NCBI GenBank assembly: GCA_965372465.1
Contig: CBDVCK010000006.1
Location: 12,258-36,257, forward strand
Reading direction: 5' to 3'
DNA from: an uncultured Thermoplasmata archaeon
GTDB lineage: Archaea > Thermoplasmatota > Thermoplasmata > GCA-020350865
DNA: 24,000 nt
The notes beneath the pieces are model-generated. The model did no database searches and was not told where the DNA came from. It was given only the letters and a program-made list of their open reading frames with translations. Both the position numbers and the translations under genes were made by a program. Of this stretch, positions 23,218-24,000 are shown one piece after another. The first letter of the stretch is position 1; each line of letters begins with the position of its first letter.

Positions 23218-24000
23218 ATGGCGATTTGTATGGAAAGCATTGAAATGAGAAAAAAGATTCTCACAAACCCGAGAAGAATTCTCTCTATCGCAAGGAACAT
23301 GGGTGCAAATGTACGGAAACCCGAGATGCTTTTTGCAACTCTTATGAACGATTCCCTGCAACCTGATGAATGGTATAACAAACTGGAGGGGATGATAGAC
23401 CTAATTACCCTTGCGATTATTGAGGCTCTTCGATCTGATTTTAAAAAGCAGGGTCTTGGTGAGTTCGATGTCGAGAAGTATTTTCTCAGAGCTGTTTTGG
23501 AACTAAAGCAGTGCACACCGGATAGCATTAAGAAAGCCCAGGCTTCCATAAGAAAGGCCAAAGTTGAGGCAAGAAGGCTCCAAAAGGTAAAAAGGGAGAC
23601 CGTAAAGACTGCTTTGGCAATCGAGGCGCTGTTGAAAAAAACAAAGGAACATGTGAGAACAGGATCCCCGCAAAGCGAATATCATAAGATTGCGGCATCC
23701 TTGAAAGAAGCTTTGGGTGTATTGGAGCTGGGAAATTACGATCTGGCATTACATTTGGTAAAGACATTATCACAAAGAGCTGAGAATCTGAAAGATGTGA
23801 AGTTAATTGCACTTCGAAATGCTGCAAAGGCAGGACATGTGGTTGGCAAAGTGAAGGCCGAGGATCCCACCTCCCTTCCCAAGCGAAGCCTTACAAAATT
23901 GAATACCTTTTTAAGCACGATAAAATATCTTTTGGAGGAGAAGGATTATCATACAGCCACATTGCTTGCCAAGGAGGTAAAACACGAAGCTGAAAAGTTC
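23218..24000 (+). CDS. Hypothetical alpha-helical, Lys-rich protein; N-terminal 261 aa, runs off the right edge
   Basis: Missing from the track because it is edge-truncated. My translation from the ATG at 23218 (MAICMESIEMRKKILTNPRRILSIARNMG...KALGVLELGNYDLALHLVKTL...DYHTATLLAKEVKHEAEKF) is open to 24000. TATA-like cctatatataaaa at 23161-73 and AGAGGA upstream. The minus-strand ORFs at 23134..23918 are shadows. Confidence 0.6.
   Translation, partial: MAICMESIEMRKKILTNPRRILSIARNMGANVRKPEMLFATLMNDSLQPDEWYNKLEGMIDLITLAIIEALRSDFKKQGLGEFDVEKYFLRAVLELKQCTPDSIKKAQASIRKAKVEARRLQKVKRETVKTALAIEALLKKTKEHVRTGSPQSEYHKIAASLKEALGVLELGNYDLALHLVKTLSQRAENLKDVKLIALRNAAKAGHVVGKVKAEDPTSLPKRSLTKLNTFLSTIKYLLEEKDYHTATLLAKEVKHEAEKF

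Noticed and set aside
23134-23918. Minus-strand ORFs of 60-121 aa listed at the right edge.
   Set aside because: They are antisense shadows of a 261-codon open frame on the + strand (23218..24000). That frame has a TATA-like box and an SD-like site. The shadow ORFs give low-complexity, Cys/Phe/Ser-rich translations.

Overview
This window reads as a chromosomal segment of an archaeon. The lineage cannot be fixed from this sequence. The archaeal markers are archaeosine tRNA-guanine transglycosylase, archaeal phosphopantothenate synthetase, PurP, class I LysRS, XPD, a tRNA intron at position 37/38, A1-U72 tRNA-Gln genes, and TATA-like boxes combined with Shine-Dalgarno (SD) sites. Most of the window is housekeeping. 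Left to right: tgtA (edge-truncated, missing from the ORF track), an FG-GAP surface protein, pepT, a 71-aa basic protein, fhs, xpd with an upstream partner ORF, phosphopantothenate synthetase, a membrane-anchored protein, convergent purP and purH, an AcsE-like methyl-THF methyltransferase, a flavodoxin-like protein, a polytopic membrane protein, class I lysK preceded by a PyrE-like HTH regulator, a nitrilase-family hydrolase, and an edge-truncated helical protein (also missing from the track). The exceptional region is about 16.7-19.9 kb. A bacterial-type glutaminyl-tRNA synthetase (glnS) sits on the minus strand inside a dense array of tRNA-Gln genes and tRNA-Gln-derived pieces. By textbook knowledge Archaea are not expected to have GlnRS. 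Reading the minus strand from lysK, the order is: 5' fragment, hairpin pair, 5' fragment, conserved C element, 5' fragment, hairpin pair, tRNA-Gln(CUG, 52-nt intron), 11-bp junction hairpin, 66-nt element A3, 3' fragment, C element, 5' fragment, hairpin pair, tRNA-Gln(UUG), junction hairpin, A2, A1, glnS promoter, glnS, 5' fragment, hairpin pair, a divergent tRNA-Gln(CUG)-like gene, a hairpin with T-run, and a duplicated 3' tRNA fragment. The array has fixed spacer geometry and compensatory base changes in several helices. This suggests structured RNAs or protein-binding sites rather than simple recombination debris. No integrase, transposase, cas gene or defence gene is present.
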